DNA of 64,000 bases, taken from the NCBI GenBank assembly GCA_963664815.2, contig CAXXHB010000002.1:352001-416000 (forward strand), given 5' to 3'. The notes beneath the pieces were generated by a model. It searched no databases. It saw nothing but the letters and a program-made list of their open reading frames with translations, and was not told the origin of the DNA. The DNA comes from Spirochaetota bacterium (GTDB lineage Bacteria > Spirochaetota > UBA4802 > UBA5550). The position numbers were made by a program, and so were the translations under genes. Shown here in pieces: positions 1 through 12,046 of this stretch (position 1 is its first letter; each line of letters begins with the position of its first letter).

Positions 1-1
1 A

Positions 2-571
2 CTCCGCCCCTTATCTGCAAAGCTTCTTAAACCAACAATACCTGAAATGAATGGTATTGTTAATAGAGAAAAGCTTTATGATATAAGCGGACGCGGAAGA
101 TCGCGACAGATAGAATTGGCAAAATATTTTGGTATTAAAGACTATTCATCACCTGCCGGTGGTTGTCTGTTCACTGACAGTTTCATCTCTTCAAGAATTA
201 AAGATCTTATGAAATTCGATCCCGACTTCAGGCAATCGGAACTATATCTGATTAAAACAGGAAGACATTTCAGAATTAATGCATCACTGAAAATAATTGT
301 TTCAAAAAATGAACAGGAAGCAATTTATCTTGAGAAATATGAGAAAAATTCAGATTTTTTCTTTAAACCTGAATTCAGTGGTCCATCTGTTTATGTCAAA
401 GGTAAAATGAACGAAAACGAAATTGATATTATCAATTCAATAATATGCAGATATGGAAAACCTTTTTCCGGAGAAAATATAATAAAAATTTTTTCTTCCG
501 GAAATATTTTCAGAGAAATTAAAATTACAGCGCCAATCAGTGATATTGACCTTGAAAAATTCAGAATATAA
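2..571 (+). CDS. 5'-truncated ThiI/MnmA-like tRNA-modification protein with C-terminal DUF814 (NFACT-R)-like region
   Basis: Frame is open from the window edge (LRPLSAKLLKPTIPE...). Motifs GRGRSRQ, PAGGCLFTD and GRHFR are typical of this family. Confidence 0.75.
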   Translation, partial: LRPLSAKLLKPTIPEMNGIVNREKLYDISGRGRSRQIELAKYFGIKDYSSPAGGCLFTDSFISSRIKDLMKFDPDFRQSELYLIKTGRHFRINASLKIIVSKNEQEAIYLEKYEKNSDFFFKPEFSGPSVYVKGKMNENEIDIINSIICRYGKPFSGENIIKIFSSGNIFREIKITAPISDIDLEKFRI

Positions 572-1193
572 TTTTAATAAAAAAAAGAAAATAATTGTTT
601 CATATCTTGTTTCCGGGAAAGGATCAAATTTTCAGGCTGTTGCTGAAAAAATAATTAATGGTTACATTAAGGCTGATAATGGAGTTGTTATATCAAGTTC
701 ATCAAATGCTTTAGCACTTGAAAAATCAGAAAAGCTTGGAATAAAATCAATTGTTATTAATCCTGAAAATTTTAAATCGAAAATCGACCATGAAACTGAA
801 ATCATTAAAACTCTTGAATTTTATAAAACAGATTTGATTGTTACAGCGGGCTACATGAGAATTCTTACACCATTATTTGTTAACCGTTACAAATTCCGTA
901 TAATTAATATTCATCCGTCTTTATTACCATCATTTACCGGAAAAAATGCACAACAACAGGCTCTTGATTATGGTGTAAGATTTACAGGATGTACATCTCA
1001 TTTTATTGATGAAGGGACTGATACCGGTCCAATAATATTACAATCACCTGTAGAAATTAAATCTGATGATAATATTAATACGCTTTCCGCCAGAATTTTA
1101 AAAGAGGAACATAAGATTTTAACAGAAAGCGTAAAACTTTTTTGTGAAAATAAGCTTATTCTGAAAAATAATCGTGTGATAATAAAAACATAG
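540..1193 (+). CDS. purN: Phosphoribosylglycinamide formyltransferase
   Basis: SGKGSNFQA, AGYMRIL, INIHPSLLPSF, GCTSHF and DTGPIILQ motifs. Exact start uncertain. Confidence 0.95.
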   Translation: MILTLKNSEYNFNKKKKIIVSYLVSGKGSNFQAVAEKIINGYIKADNGVVISSSSNALALEKSEKLGIKSIVINPENFKSKIDHETEIIKTLEFYKTDLIVTAGYMRILTPLFVNRYKFRIINIHPSLLPSFTGKNAQQQALDYGVRFTGCTSHFIDEGTDTGPIILQSPVEIKSDDNINTLSARILKEEHKILTESVKLFCENKLILKNNRVIIKT

Positions 1194-1634
1194 TTATTTT
1201 TTTTCAAATTTCTGTTTCAATCCTTCATCCTGAATCTGAAAATATATTTCAACTCCTGTTTCAACTTTTTTCTCAGAAATGACTTTTCCATTCATTAAAG
1301 GTTTTTCAAATTCTGCTTTTATTTTTGCTATATCTGTGAATCGGCTTTCGTTATGCATTCTGACCTTTACAATATCCTGTAAAATTTTATGCCTTGACTT
1401 TTCTTTTGCTTTTTCAACATTTTCCGAAATAACAGATACTGTATATGTATTTTCATCACTCCATCCAATGTTAATTTTCTCTTTTTCAGGAATTATTTCT
1501 TTTTTCTTTTCAGGCTGAATTACTTCTTTTTGTTTTACTATATTATCTTTCTTCACTACTTCTTTCTTTATTTCTTCATTTGCACAACCATAGAATAAAA
1601 ATATTGAAATAATTATTAAGATATTATGTTTCAT
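1194..1634 (-). CDS. Lipoprotein, paralogue of the LipL21-like protein at 2446
   Basis: Lipobox FYGC, K/E-rich linker, GWSDENTY motif (GWVDDNTF in the neighbour) and similar C-terminus (GLKQKFE vs GLKKKVE). Confidence 0.7.
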   Translation of the reverse strand: MKHNILIIISIFLFYGCANEEIKKEVVKKDNIVKQKEVIQPEKKKEIIPEKEKINIGWSDENTYTVSVISENVEKAKEKSRHKILQDIVKVRMHNESRFTDIAKIKAEFEKPLMNGKVISEKKVETGVEIYFQIQDEGLKQKFEKK

Positions 1635-1735
1635 AAATTTACATCCTTTTTTTATAGATTTTTTTAAAGTAATAATTATACTGAATTAATTACGCACAAT
1701 ATTTTTTTTATTATTTCAGGAGTAATAAAAGCTTT

Positions 1736-2263
1736 ATGCAAATATTAATTACAATTATAATTTTTCTTTTAATGTGTTTAACCATCACATATTATTACAA
1801 TCTTTTTATTACACAAAGCGTTATTACAAAAACTGAAATATTTAATGTTTTTCAACAGCTTGGTATTATTATTAATAAATTATTCTCAAAACATTCATTT
1901 TTTTATCTTTTTTTATTTTTTTTTATCTCTTCTTTTACAGGAATTCTTTTACTTTCTGTTTTTGACAGCCTGATTATTAACTCAGCATTATTGCCTCTTA
2001 TCCTGTATTTTTCATTCCCCCGCCTGGCAATTTATTTTGAAAATACGCGTGTAACTATTTCAAAAGATTATAAAGATATTCTTGAAATACTTTTTACCAA
2101 ATATTATAATTTTATTTTAATTGGTTTTTTTTCAGGCTATGTTTTTAAACTTATAGATAACTGGATTAATTCAGCTATAATAAATTTTTACTGGTTTACT
2201 TTTAACATTACTATTATCACTGGTTTGACCGTTCTTACTCTTAAAAACGATATTTTTGAATAA
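1736..2263 (+). CDS. Hypothetical polytopic membrane protein
   Basis: 175-aa ORF with AGGAG upstream and about 5 hydrophobic segments. Confidence 0.65.
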   Translation: MQILITIIIFLLMCLTITYYYNLFITQSVITKTEIFNVFQQLGIIINKLFSKHSFFYLFLFFFISSFTGILLLSVFDSLIINSALLPLILYFSFPRLAIYFENTRVTISKDYKDILEILFTKYYNFILIGFFSGYVFKLIDNWINSAIINFYWFTFNITIITGLTVLTLKNDIFE

Positions 2264-2343
2264 AAAAACAATGTTTATATACACATTTAAATCTATTTTG
2301 TATATATAAACATCATAATAACTAAAATTGTTTTAATTTTATG

Positions 2344-2372
2344 TTGACTTGGATAAAAATGTTTTTTATAGT
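2344..2372 (+). promoter_or_regulatory. Sigma70-type promoter for the LipL21-like gene
   Basis: TTGACT-N17-TATAGT. Confidence 0.6.
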
Positions 2373-2445
2373 TATATTATCTTAACTCATGTAAAATAAT
2401 TTCATGAGTAATAAAATTTTTAACAATTATCAGGAGGTTCTTCGG

Positions 2446-2895
2446 ATGAAGAAATTATTTGTAATGACTCTGCTTCTTACTATAGGTCTTGCTTTCACAT
2501 CATGTGCTGGCGGTGGTCTTGGTGGAACAATAAAAGGAGAATCATTTAAAAGTGAGGGCTGGGTTGATGATAATACTTTCAGAGTGATTGGTACAGGCGC
2601 TCCTAAAGATGGATTAACTAACAAAGTTCAGCGAAAAGGAACAGCAAAAGAAGCAGCTATCATTGTTGCACAAAAAGCAATGGTTGAAAAATTTGTTGGT
2701 GCAAGAATTGATGCAGCAGCAGGTATGGCAGATTACAAATCTACTGGAATAGCTGTAGCGAAAGAATTTTCAGGTACAATTAAAGGTGGTTCTGTAGTTA
2801 AAGAAACTTATGATGAAGAAGAAAACTGTGAAGTTGTTTATGAATTAAAAGCAAAAGGCCTCAAGAAAAAAGTTGAAGCAACAGATATTAAATAA
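2446..2895 (+). CDS. LipL21-like / LPP20-fold lipoprotein
   Basis: RBS AGGAGG before ATG 2446; lipobox FTSC. The segment VEKFVGARIDAAAGMADYKSTGIAVAKEFSGTIKG...ENCEVVY resembles Leptospira LipL21 as I recall it. Confidence 0.7.
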   Translation: MKKLFVMTLLLTIGLAFTSCAGGGLGGTIKGESFKSEGWVDDNTFRVIGTGAPKDGLTNKVQRKGTAKEAAIIVAQKAMVEKFVGARIDAAAGMADYKSTGIAVAKEFSGTIKGGSVVKETYDEEENCEVVYELKAKGLKKKVEATDIK

Positions 2896-2915
2896 ATATT
2901 TGTCATCAATACATT

Positions 2916-2947
2916 AAAAAAAAGCTGTTTAAAAACAGCTTTTTTTA
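2916..2947 (+). terminator. Intrinsic terminator (bidirectional form)
   Basis: A-tract, AGCTGTTT/AAACAGCT stem, T-tract. Confidence 0.8.
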
Positions 2948-2970
2948 TTCTAATTCAACATTTTTAACAT

Positions 2971-3005
2971 AAAAAAAAGCCATCTGATTTAAATGGCTTT
3001 TTTTT
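2971..3005 (-). terminator. Intrinsic terminator downstream of the 5S rRNA
   Basis: AAAAAAAAGCCAT...ATGGCTTTTTTTT immediately after the 3' end of rrf. Confidence 0.75.
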
Positions 3006-3011
3006 ATGTTA

Positions 3012-3129
<118 letters not shown>

Positions 3130-3218
3130 AAAAATTCCTTAACGATATAAGACAATTAATTCTTTTATACATTTGAGTCAATAATAAAAAATATTTTTTT
3201 ATTATTAAACTTCTTTCA

Positions 3219-5675
3219 TTATTCAGATTCTGAAATCACAGCAAAATCTGAAACCAGATCATTATCATTTAGTTCAAGAAGTTTTATACCAACTGTTGCC
3301 CTGCCCTGAGTTGAAATATCTTTGGCGAGAAGCCTTATAGTCATACCGGAAAGAGATGTAATTATTACTTCGTCAGTTGCCATCACTGACCGAATACCTG
3401 ACGCAGCTCCATTCTTATCTGTTATTTTAAGGTATGTCATGCCTTTTCCACCGCGACCCTTATTTACAAAATTGTTATATGCAATTCTTTTTCCATAGCC
3501 TTTATCTGATATTACAAACAGTGTTGAATTTTCTTTTACAATATCCATTCCAATTATATAATCTTCACCGTCAAGACGCATTCCAATAATTCCTGCAGCA
3601 GTACGTCCCATTGATCTCATTTTCTGAAGGTTTGTTCTAAGAAGTGACCCGTTCTTTGATGCTATTACAATATCACTCTCTTTCTCAACTACTTTTACAT
3701 CAACAAGTTCATCATCCTTTTTCAGATTAACACAGATGATTCCTCCTTTCTTAGCGTTGGCAAATTCTTTAATCTCTGTTTTTTTAAGAATACCATATTT
3801 TGTTGCCATGCATAGAAAGTCATCCGTTTCGAAATTTTTAATTGCACAAATAGCTGTAATGTTTTCACCCTGAGCAAGATTTATTAATCCTCTCAAAGAT
3901 TTACCTCGGCTTGTTTTGGTTGCAGGTGGTATTTCATATGTTTTAAGAGCAAATATTTTACCCTTATTTGAAAAAAGGTATATTGTATCATGATTTGTTG
4001 CAACAGTCATCATCTTAACAAAGTCTTCTCTCTTTGAAGACATTCCTATAACACCTTTTCCACCTCTACCCTGCTTTTTAAAAGTATCTATATGCATTCT
4101 TCGTATAAAAGCATCATTTGTTATAGAAACAACTACGCTTTCATCTGCAATTAAATCTTCAATTTCAAAATCAGTTGAAGATTCACCTCCAAAAACAATC
4201 TCCGTTTTTCTTTTATCATTATACTTCTCTTTAATTTCAGATAGCTCAGTTTTAATTAAATTATTCACTTTTACTTCACTTTTAAGAATAGCATTGAGTT
4301 CAGCAATAAGTTTCATCAGTTCTTTTAGTTCATCTATTATCTTCTTGATCTCAAGGCTGGTCAATCTCTGCAATCTCATTTCCAATATAGCTTTTGACTG
4401 AATTTCAGATAAATGAAATCTTTTAATAAGTTTCGCTCCGGCTTCATCCGGTGTTTTTGAAGCTTTTATAATTGCAATTACCTCATCAATATTCTCGAGT
4501 GCAATTTTTAATCCTTCGAGTATATGTGCTCTTTCTTCGGCTTTTTTCAGATCATATTTCGTTCTTCTTATTACAACTTCACGTCTATGAGTCACATAAT
4601 GAGACAGAATACTTTTTAAATCGAGAACTTTCGGAACACCGTCAACAATCGCAAGCATTATTACTCCGAATGAAGTCTGAAGAGATGTGTGTTTGAGAAG
4701 TTTATTTATTATAACTCCGCTATTCGCGTCTTTTTTTAAACCTATATAAATTCTCATCCCTTTTCTGTCAGATTCATCTCTCAGTTCTGCAATACCTTCT
4801 ATTTCTTTCTCATTAACAAGCTCCGCTATGCGTGTGATAAGAGTCGCCTTGTTAACCTGATAAGGAATTTCAGAAATAATTATTTCTTCTCTTCCTTTTT
4901 TATTTTCTAATATTTCATATTTACCCCTGATAATTATGCTGCCGCGGCCTGTACTATAAGCTTTTATTATACCATCATTTCCCATTATCGATGCTCCTGT
5001 TGGAAAATCCGGGCCTTTTATATATTTTATAAGATTTTTTACAGGTGTATCAGGATTATCAATCAGATAAATAGTTGCATCGATTACTTCTCCGAGGTTA
5101 TGAGGTGGAATTTTAGTAGCCATCCCTACAGCAATGCCTTCAGAACCATTTATAAGCAGATTTGGATATGCTGATGGCAGTACTTTTGGTTCTTTTCTTG
5201 TTTCATCAAAGTTTGGAGAAAAATCAACTGTCTCTTTGTCTATATCTCTCAGCAGTTCTTCAGCCACTTTTTCAAGACGTGCTTCGGTGTATCTGTAAGC
5301 TGCAGCACTGTCTCCATCAACAGACCCGTAATTACCCTGACCATCAATAAGAGGCACTCTCATTGAAAAATCCTGAGCCATCCTTACCATTGTTTCATAC
5401 ACGGCAGAGTCTCCATGTGGATGGAAATTACCGATGACTTCACCTACAATTTTAGCAGATTTTACATACGGCCTGTCACTTCTCCATGCCCGTTGATCCA
5501 TGGCCCATAGAATTCGCCTGTGAACTGGTTTCAGACCATCTCTTACATCGGGCAAAGCCCTTCCTACGATAACACTCATTGCATAATCAAGATAGGATAC
5601 ATTCATCTGATCTTCTATTTCAACATTTATGACTTTTGATATAATTTCTTTGTTATTATCTTTATTTGATGGCAC
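3219..5675 (-). CDS. gyrA: DNA gyrase subunit A
   Basis: GRALPDVRDGLKPVHRR, HPHGD, AAYRYTEAR with catalytic Tyr, and GyrA-box QGRGGKG. GTG start. Confidence 0.98.
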   Translation of the reverse strand: MPSNKDNNKEIISKVINVEIEDQMNVSYLDYAMSVIVGRALPDVRDGLKPVHRRILWAMDQRAWRSDRPYVKSAKIVGEVIGNFHPHGDSAVYETMVRMAQDFSMRVPLIDGQGNYGSVDGDSAAAYRYTEARLEKVAEELLRDIDKETVDFSPNFDETRKEPKVLPSAYPNLLINGSEGIAVGMATKIPPHNLGEVIDATIYLIDNPDTPVKNLIKYIKGPDFPTGASIMGNDGIIKAYSTGRGSIIIRGKYEILENKKGREEIIISEIPYQVNKATLITRIAELVNEKEIEGIAELRDESDRKGMRIYIGLKKDANSGVIINKLLKHTSLQTSFGVIMLAIVDGVPKVLDLKSILSHYVTHRREVVIRRTKYDLKKAEERAHILEGLKIALENIDEVIAIIKASKTPDEAGAKLIKRFHLSEIQSKAILEMRLQRLTSLEIKKIIDELKELMKLIAELNAILKSEVKVNNLIKTELSEIKEKYNDKRKTEIVFGGESSTDFEIEDLIADESVVVSITNDAFIRRMHIDTFKKQGRGGKGVIGMSSKREDFVKMMTVATNHDTIYLFSNKGKIFALKTYEIPPATKTSRGKSLRGLINLAQGENITAICAIKNFETDDFLCMATKYGILKKTEIKEFANAKKGGIICVNLKKDDELVDVKVVEKESDIVIASKNGSLLRTNLQKMRSMGRTAAGIIGMRLDGEDYIIGMDIVKENSTLFVISDKGYGKRIAYNNFVNKGRGGKGMTYLKITDKNGAASGIRSVMATDEVIITSLSGMTIRLLAKDISTQGRATVGIKLLELNDNDLVSDFAVISESE

Positions 5676-5719
5676 TTCTTTTACTCCGATAAAATTTTAA
5701 TTTTATAAATTATTTAATT

Positions 5720-7875
<2,156 letters not shown>

Positions 7876-7876
7876 T

Positions 7877-8215
7877 TTAAGAATTTCTCCATCTGCTTTT
7901 TTTTACTTCAAATTTAATTGTTTTAATAAAATTATCTCCATAATCATTTTTTATTTTTTTTAAAATCTCAACAGAATGAATTGATAATTCCCCCGCATAA
8001 GCGGAATGATCAACATTAATAAATAAAAACTTATTAAAAATTCTTTCAGGAAAACTGTGTGCTGATAAAATTTTTCCAACATAAGAAGGCCACTTATCTT
8101 TCATTTCTTCAATAATGAATGAATCTTTAATTTCGAGATCCTCCATTAATTCAGGAACGATGTTTCCGAAAGTAACAAGTTTATTTTTTCTGTTTTCACC
8201 AAATCTAAACTTCAA
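7877..8215 (-). CDS. DUF721 / DciA-like helicase-loading protein
   Basis: W..YVGKILSAHS.P....KFLFINVDHSAY..EL pattern; directly downstream of recF. Confidence 0.75.
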   Translation of the reverse strand: MKFRFGENRKNKLVTFGNIVPELMEDLEIKDSFIIEEMKDKWPSYVGKILSAHSFPERIFNKFLFINVDHSAYAGELSIHSVEILKKIKNDYGDNFIKTIKFEVKKSRWRNS

Positions 8216-9321
8216 AATTTTACCTTGTCGTAAACTATTCCTTTCATAACTGAAAAATGTTTTGAATTCAATAGTAAGCTTTTATCGTAGAAATTATTGA
8301 CCATAGTAAAAATTATCTGACCTTTACCTGTTAATAAATCAATCATACTATCGCGCCTTTTTTCGTCAAGTTCTGAAAAAATATCATCTACAAGAATAAT
8401 TGATTTTTTATTTTTTATCTCTTTAATTATTTCTACTTCGGACAGTTTTAAACTTATACTGGAGGTTCTTTTTTGTCCCTGAGAAGCATAATTAAAAAAA
8501 GCTACTCCTTTATTATTATGAATAAAATAGTCATCTCTGTGTGGACCTGAAACAGTATTTCCTCTTCTTAAATCATTTCTTATATTATTGTTTACTTCAT
8601 TTAAAATATCATCCTGGCTTTCTGATTTGAGACTTTCAGAATAATGTATTAAAGGAGAGCTTTCTTCATTGCTTATTGTAAGATAATTTTCTACAAATAA
8701 CCTGTTGAATTCTTTTATAAATAATCTGCGTTTCTTTATTATCGAAAATGCTTTTTCAGAAAACATTTTATTCCATACATCGAGCAGTTTTATGTCGCTT
8801 TTGTTTTCCCTGATTTTCTTTAAAAGCATATTCCTGGAATAACAAATCTCTCTGTATTTATTCAGCTCATCTATATATTCCGGATATAATTTTGATATTA
8901 CCGAATCAAAATATCTTCTTCTTATTTCAGGTGTTCCATTTATAATATTTATATCAGTCGGAATAAAACTGACAGTGATTAATTTTCCGTAGTAATCTGA
9001 TACTTTTTTTATTTCTGATGAATCAATTTTTATTTTTTTTTTAGATTTATCATTACTAATAGTATAACCTACTTCAAATTTATTATATTCGGAATCGGAT
9101 ACCTCACCTGAACAGTAATATGAATTACTGTCCCATTTTATTATATTATTATCATGTATGTTTCTGAAAGATTTCAAATTTGAAATTATAGAAATAGCTT
9201 CAAGAATATTTGTTTTTCCAGAGCCGTTTTCTCCTGTTATAAAGTTTATTTCAGGAGAAAAAATTATTTCCAGATTTTCATAATTCCTGAAGTTGATAAG
9301 TTTAAGACTTTTTAGTATCAT
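8212..9321 (-). CDS. recF: DNA replication and repair protein RecF
   Basis: NFRNY, GENGSGKTN, GPHRDD, ASQGQKR and LVDDIFSELD motifs. Confidence 0.97.
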   Translation of the reverse strand: MILKSLKLINFRNYENLEIIFSPEINFITGENGSGKTNILEAISIISNLKSFRNIHDNNIIKWDSNSYYCSGEVSDSEYNKFEVGYTISNDKSKKKIKIDSSEIKKVSDYYGKLITVSFIPTDINIINGTPEIRRRYFDSVISKLYPEYIDELNKYREICYSRNMLLKKIRENKSDIKLLDVWNKMFSEKAFSIIKKRRLFIKEFNRLFVENYLTISNEESSPLIHYSESLKSESQDDILNEVNNNIRNDLRRGNTVSGPHRDDYFIHNNKGVAFFNYASQGQKRTSSISLKLSEVEIIKEIKNKKSIILVDDIFSELDEKRRDSMIDLLTGKGQIIFTMVNNFYDKSLLLNSKHFSVMKGIVYDKVKF

Positions 9322-9322
9322 T

Positions 9323-10447
9323 TTATTCGGCTGAGGTTTTTATTTGTATAGGCATAATTACAGAAATAAAATTTTTATCATCTTCAGGAATTATTGTAAT
9401 TGGACTCATCTGTCCTGTTATACCACATGTAAAAGAGAAAGAATCAATCTGTTTTATTGTATCAAATAAAAACTGCGCATTAATCCCGATAAATATTTTT
9501 TCTTTGTTATCTGATTCAATATTTAATTCTTCTTCAGCCTGGCCCAATTCAGGTGTACTTGCTTCAATAATTAATAATTCTTTATTAAAAGTCATGACTA
9601 TTTTATTTGCAGGTTCCCTTGTAAAAATCATAGCCCTTTTAACTGAATCCAGAATTTTAGAAGTTTCAATGATTGATTTATGACTATATTCTTTTGGTAT
9701 TATCTGTTTGTAGTTTGGAAATTGTCCATCAATTACTCTGGAGATTATTTCAGTCTCATTTATTTTAAAATAACATTGTTTACTGTCAAAAGACATTTTG
9801 CAGTTTCCTGAATTTGATAATAATTTATATACTTCATTTATTGTTTTTAGAGGTATAATTGTTCCGTCACTAATACATGCCTCATTATCAATTTCTCTTG
9901 TTATCATTGAAAGTCTTCTTGAATCAGTTGCTATTGCAGTTATAGTTCCAGGTCTTTCTGAGACAATATATATACTGTTAAAAACTGGTTTTATTGTGTC
10001 TGTTGCTGCAGCATAAATTACTTTTTTAATCATATCTTTTAAAACTGCCTGTTCTATTTCAATAGAGCTTTCTTTATTTATTTCCGGAATCTGCGGGTAT
10101 TCGCTTGATTCTGTTCCGTAGAATGTATAATTACCTTTTATATTCTGAGACTTTATTTTTATTACCATTGATTCATCAATGGTAAGAGATATATCTTCAT
10201 CCGGGAGTTCTTTAATTATGCTTGAAAGCTTTTTACCATTAGCAGTGAAAGATAAATCGTTATCGGTCGATGCATCTATTTCAGTTCTTACCGCCATTTC
10301 GTTATCTGTAGAAATGATTTCTATTTTATTTTTTTTTATATTGAAAAGACAATTTGAGAGTATAGTATTTACATTTTTAGATGAGATAACTGACTCTGCA
10401 ATATTAATTGCCTTTAAAAAAGTGTCTTTGTTTATTGTGAATCTCAT
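9323..10447 (-). CDS. dnaN: DNA polymerase III beta sliding clamp
   Basis: ATDSRRL, GQFPNY and C-terminal VIMPI; synteny with dnaA. Confidence 0.97.
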   Translation of the reverse strand: MRFTINKDTFLKAINIAESVISSKNVNTILSNCLFNIKKNKIEIISTDNEMAVRTEIDASTDNDLSFTANGKKLSSIIKELPDEDISLTIDESMVIKIKSQNIKGNYTFYGTESSEYPQIPEINKESSIEIEQAVLKDMIKKVIYAAATDTIKPVFNSIYIVSERPGTITAIATDSRRLSMITREIDNEACISDGTIIPLKTINEVYKLLSNSGNCKMSFDSKQCYFKINETEIISRVIDGQFPNYKQIIPKEYSHKSIIETSKILDSVKRAMIFTREPANKIVMTFNKELLIIEASTPELGQAEEELNIESDNKEKIFIGINAQFLFDTIKQIDSFSFTCGITGQMSPITIIPEDDKNFISVIMPIQIKTSAE

Positions 10448-10705
10448 TTATTTGTTTCTCCTATATATTATATTAAATTATCTCTTAATTAATAGTTGTA
10501 GTAGTAGATATTAAAATATGTTTATAAAGTTGGTAATACCTGATTAAATCAGGTATTATTGTTTTTACATATTGTTGATAAAATTATAATTAAAAGGCGT
10601 TTTTAATTATAATTTCAGATATAAACAATTATATTAACAATTCTGAAAAATTAAAAAAGTTATCATATTGTATTAACAGTGGAACTTTATATTATCAACA
10701 GCTTA
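10448..10705. other. Probable oriC unwinding region: AT-rich DUE, DnaA-trios (10493-10507) and variant DnaA boxes
   Basis: On the dnaN strand: box TTATAAACA (10519-27), then CTACTACTACAACTA trios, an AT-only tract and the RBS. Further boxes TTATCAACA at 10573-81 (reverse) and 10692-700, ATATAAACA 10619-27, ATATTAACA 10631-39, GTATTAACA 10670-78. Confidence 0.85.
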
Positions 10706-12046
10706 TTAACTGCGTAATTCAATTTTTAATTCTTCTATAAGTTCTTTAAAATCAGGATCATTTTGCATGTCTTCTTCAACTTTATTGATGGCATTAACAA
10801 CCGTCGAGTGGTCCCTGTCACCAAACTGTTTTCCTATATCAGTAGTTGTGAGATCGGTTAATTTGCGTATTAAATACATAGCTATAAATCTTGGAGTTAC
10901 AATTTTACTTTGCCTGCTTTTAGATATTATGTCTTCAACACTGATATTGTATGTATCAGATATTTTTGTTATTATATCATTAGTTGTTACTTTTCTGCTC
11001 GATTCTTCATCGAATAAATGTTTAAGATGTTCTTTTATATGTTTCAGTGTTATAGGTTCCTGATAAATATCATAAACCATTCTGAGATTAGCAAGAGCAG
11101 ACTCAAGGGCCCTTATACTTGACGTTATGCGTCTGGCTATATAATTAAATGCTTCATCTGATATTATTATGTTTTCCTTTGCAGCCTTATTTCTTAAAAT
11201 TGCTTCTCTTGTTTCAAGATTCGGAGTCTGTATATCCGTTATCATACCCCATTCAAATCTGGTTCTTAATCTGTCAGCAAGTGTTGCAATCTGCTTTGGA
11301 GGCCTGTCACTTGAAATTATTATCTGTTTTTTATTTTCATAAAGAGTGTTGAATGTGTGAAAAAATTCATTTTGAGTTTCTTCTTTTTTTTCAAGAAACT
11401 GAATATCATCAATCATCAGGATATCAACATTTCTGTATTTTATTTTAAAACTATGTTGAGTGTTGGTTTGTATGGCATAAATAAATTCATTTATAAATTG
11501 CTCAGTAGGAATATACAGTACTTTCAGATATGGTCTTTCCTGAAGAATGTAATGGCCAATAGCTTGTATCAGATGTGTCTTACCAAGACCTGTTCCTCCA
11601 TAAATAAAAAGAGGATTGAACTGTGTAGCTGGAGATCTGGATACAGATTTTGCGGCAGCATGCGCCAGTTGATTATTCGGACCTACAACAAAATTTTCAA
11701 AAGTATAATTTCTGTTAAGAGGAGAAATGCTGTTATCAATTTTGTTATAATTTGCATTTTCGGAAAAAGTATCAATTTTACTGGATTTTTCCATATCTTT
11801 ATATTCAATTTCTGTTATAAATTCACATGAATATTTTTTACCGGTGGTTGACTCAAGAATTTCTTCGATATCTTTCAGATATTTGTCTTTTAAATGTCTG
11901 ACAGCAACATCATCTTTTACTTTTATTTGTAAAACATTGCCATCAATTGAAAGTGGTTCGGTATCCTTTAACCACATGCCGAATGATTGTTTATTGATTC
12001 TTTTTTCGAGATTTGTTAAAACAATATCCCATATTCTATTTGCCAA
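10706..12046 (-). CDS. dnaA: Chromosomal replication initiator DnaA
   Basis: YTFENFVVG, NPLFIYGGTGLGKTHL, DDIQF, RLRTRF and RDHSTV motifs. TTG start. Confidence 0.99.
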   Translation of the reverse strand: MANRIWDIVLTNLEKRINKQSFGMWLKDTEPLSIDGNVLQIKVKDDVAVRHLKDKYLKDIEEILESTTGKKYSCEFITEIEYKDMEKSSKIDTFSENANYNKIDNSISPLNRNYTFENFVVGPNNQLAHAAAKSVSRSPATQFNPLFIYGGTGLGKTHLIQAIGHYILQERPYLKVLYIPTEQFINEFIYAIQTNTQHSFKIKYRNVDILMIDDIQFLEKKEETQNEFFHTFNTLYENKKQIIISSDRPPKQIATLADRLRTRFEWGMITDIQTPNLETREAILRNKAAKENIIISDEAFNYIARRITSSIRALESALANLRMVYDIYQEPITLKHIKEHLKHLFDEESSRKVTTNDIITKISDTYNISVEDIISKSRQSKIVTPRFIAMYLIRKLTDLTTTDIGKQFGDRDHSTVVNAINKVEEDMQNDPDFKELIEELKIELRS

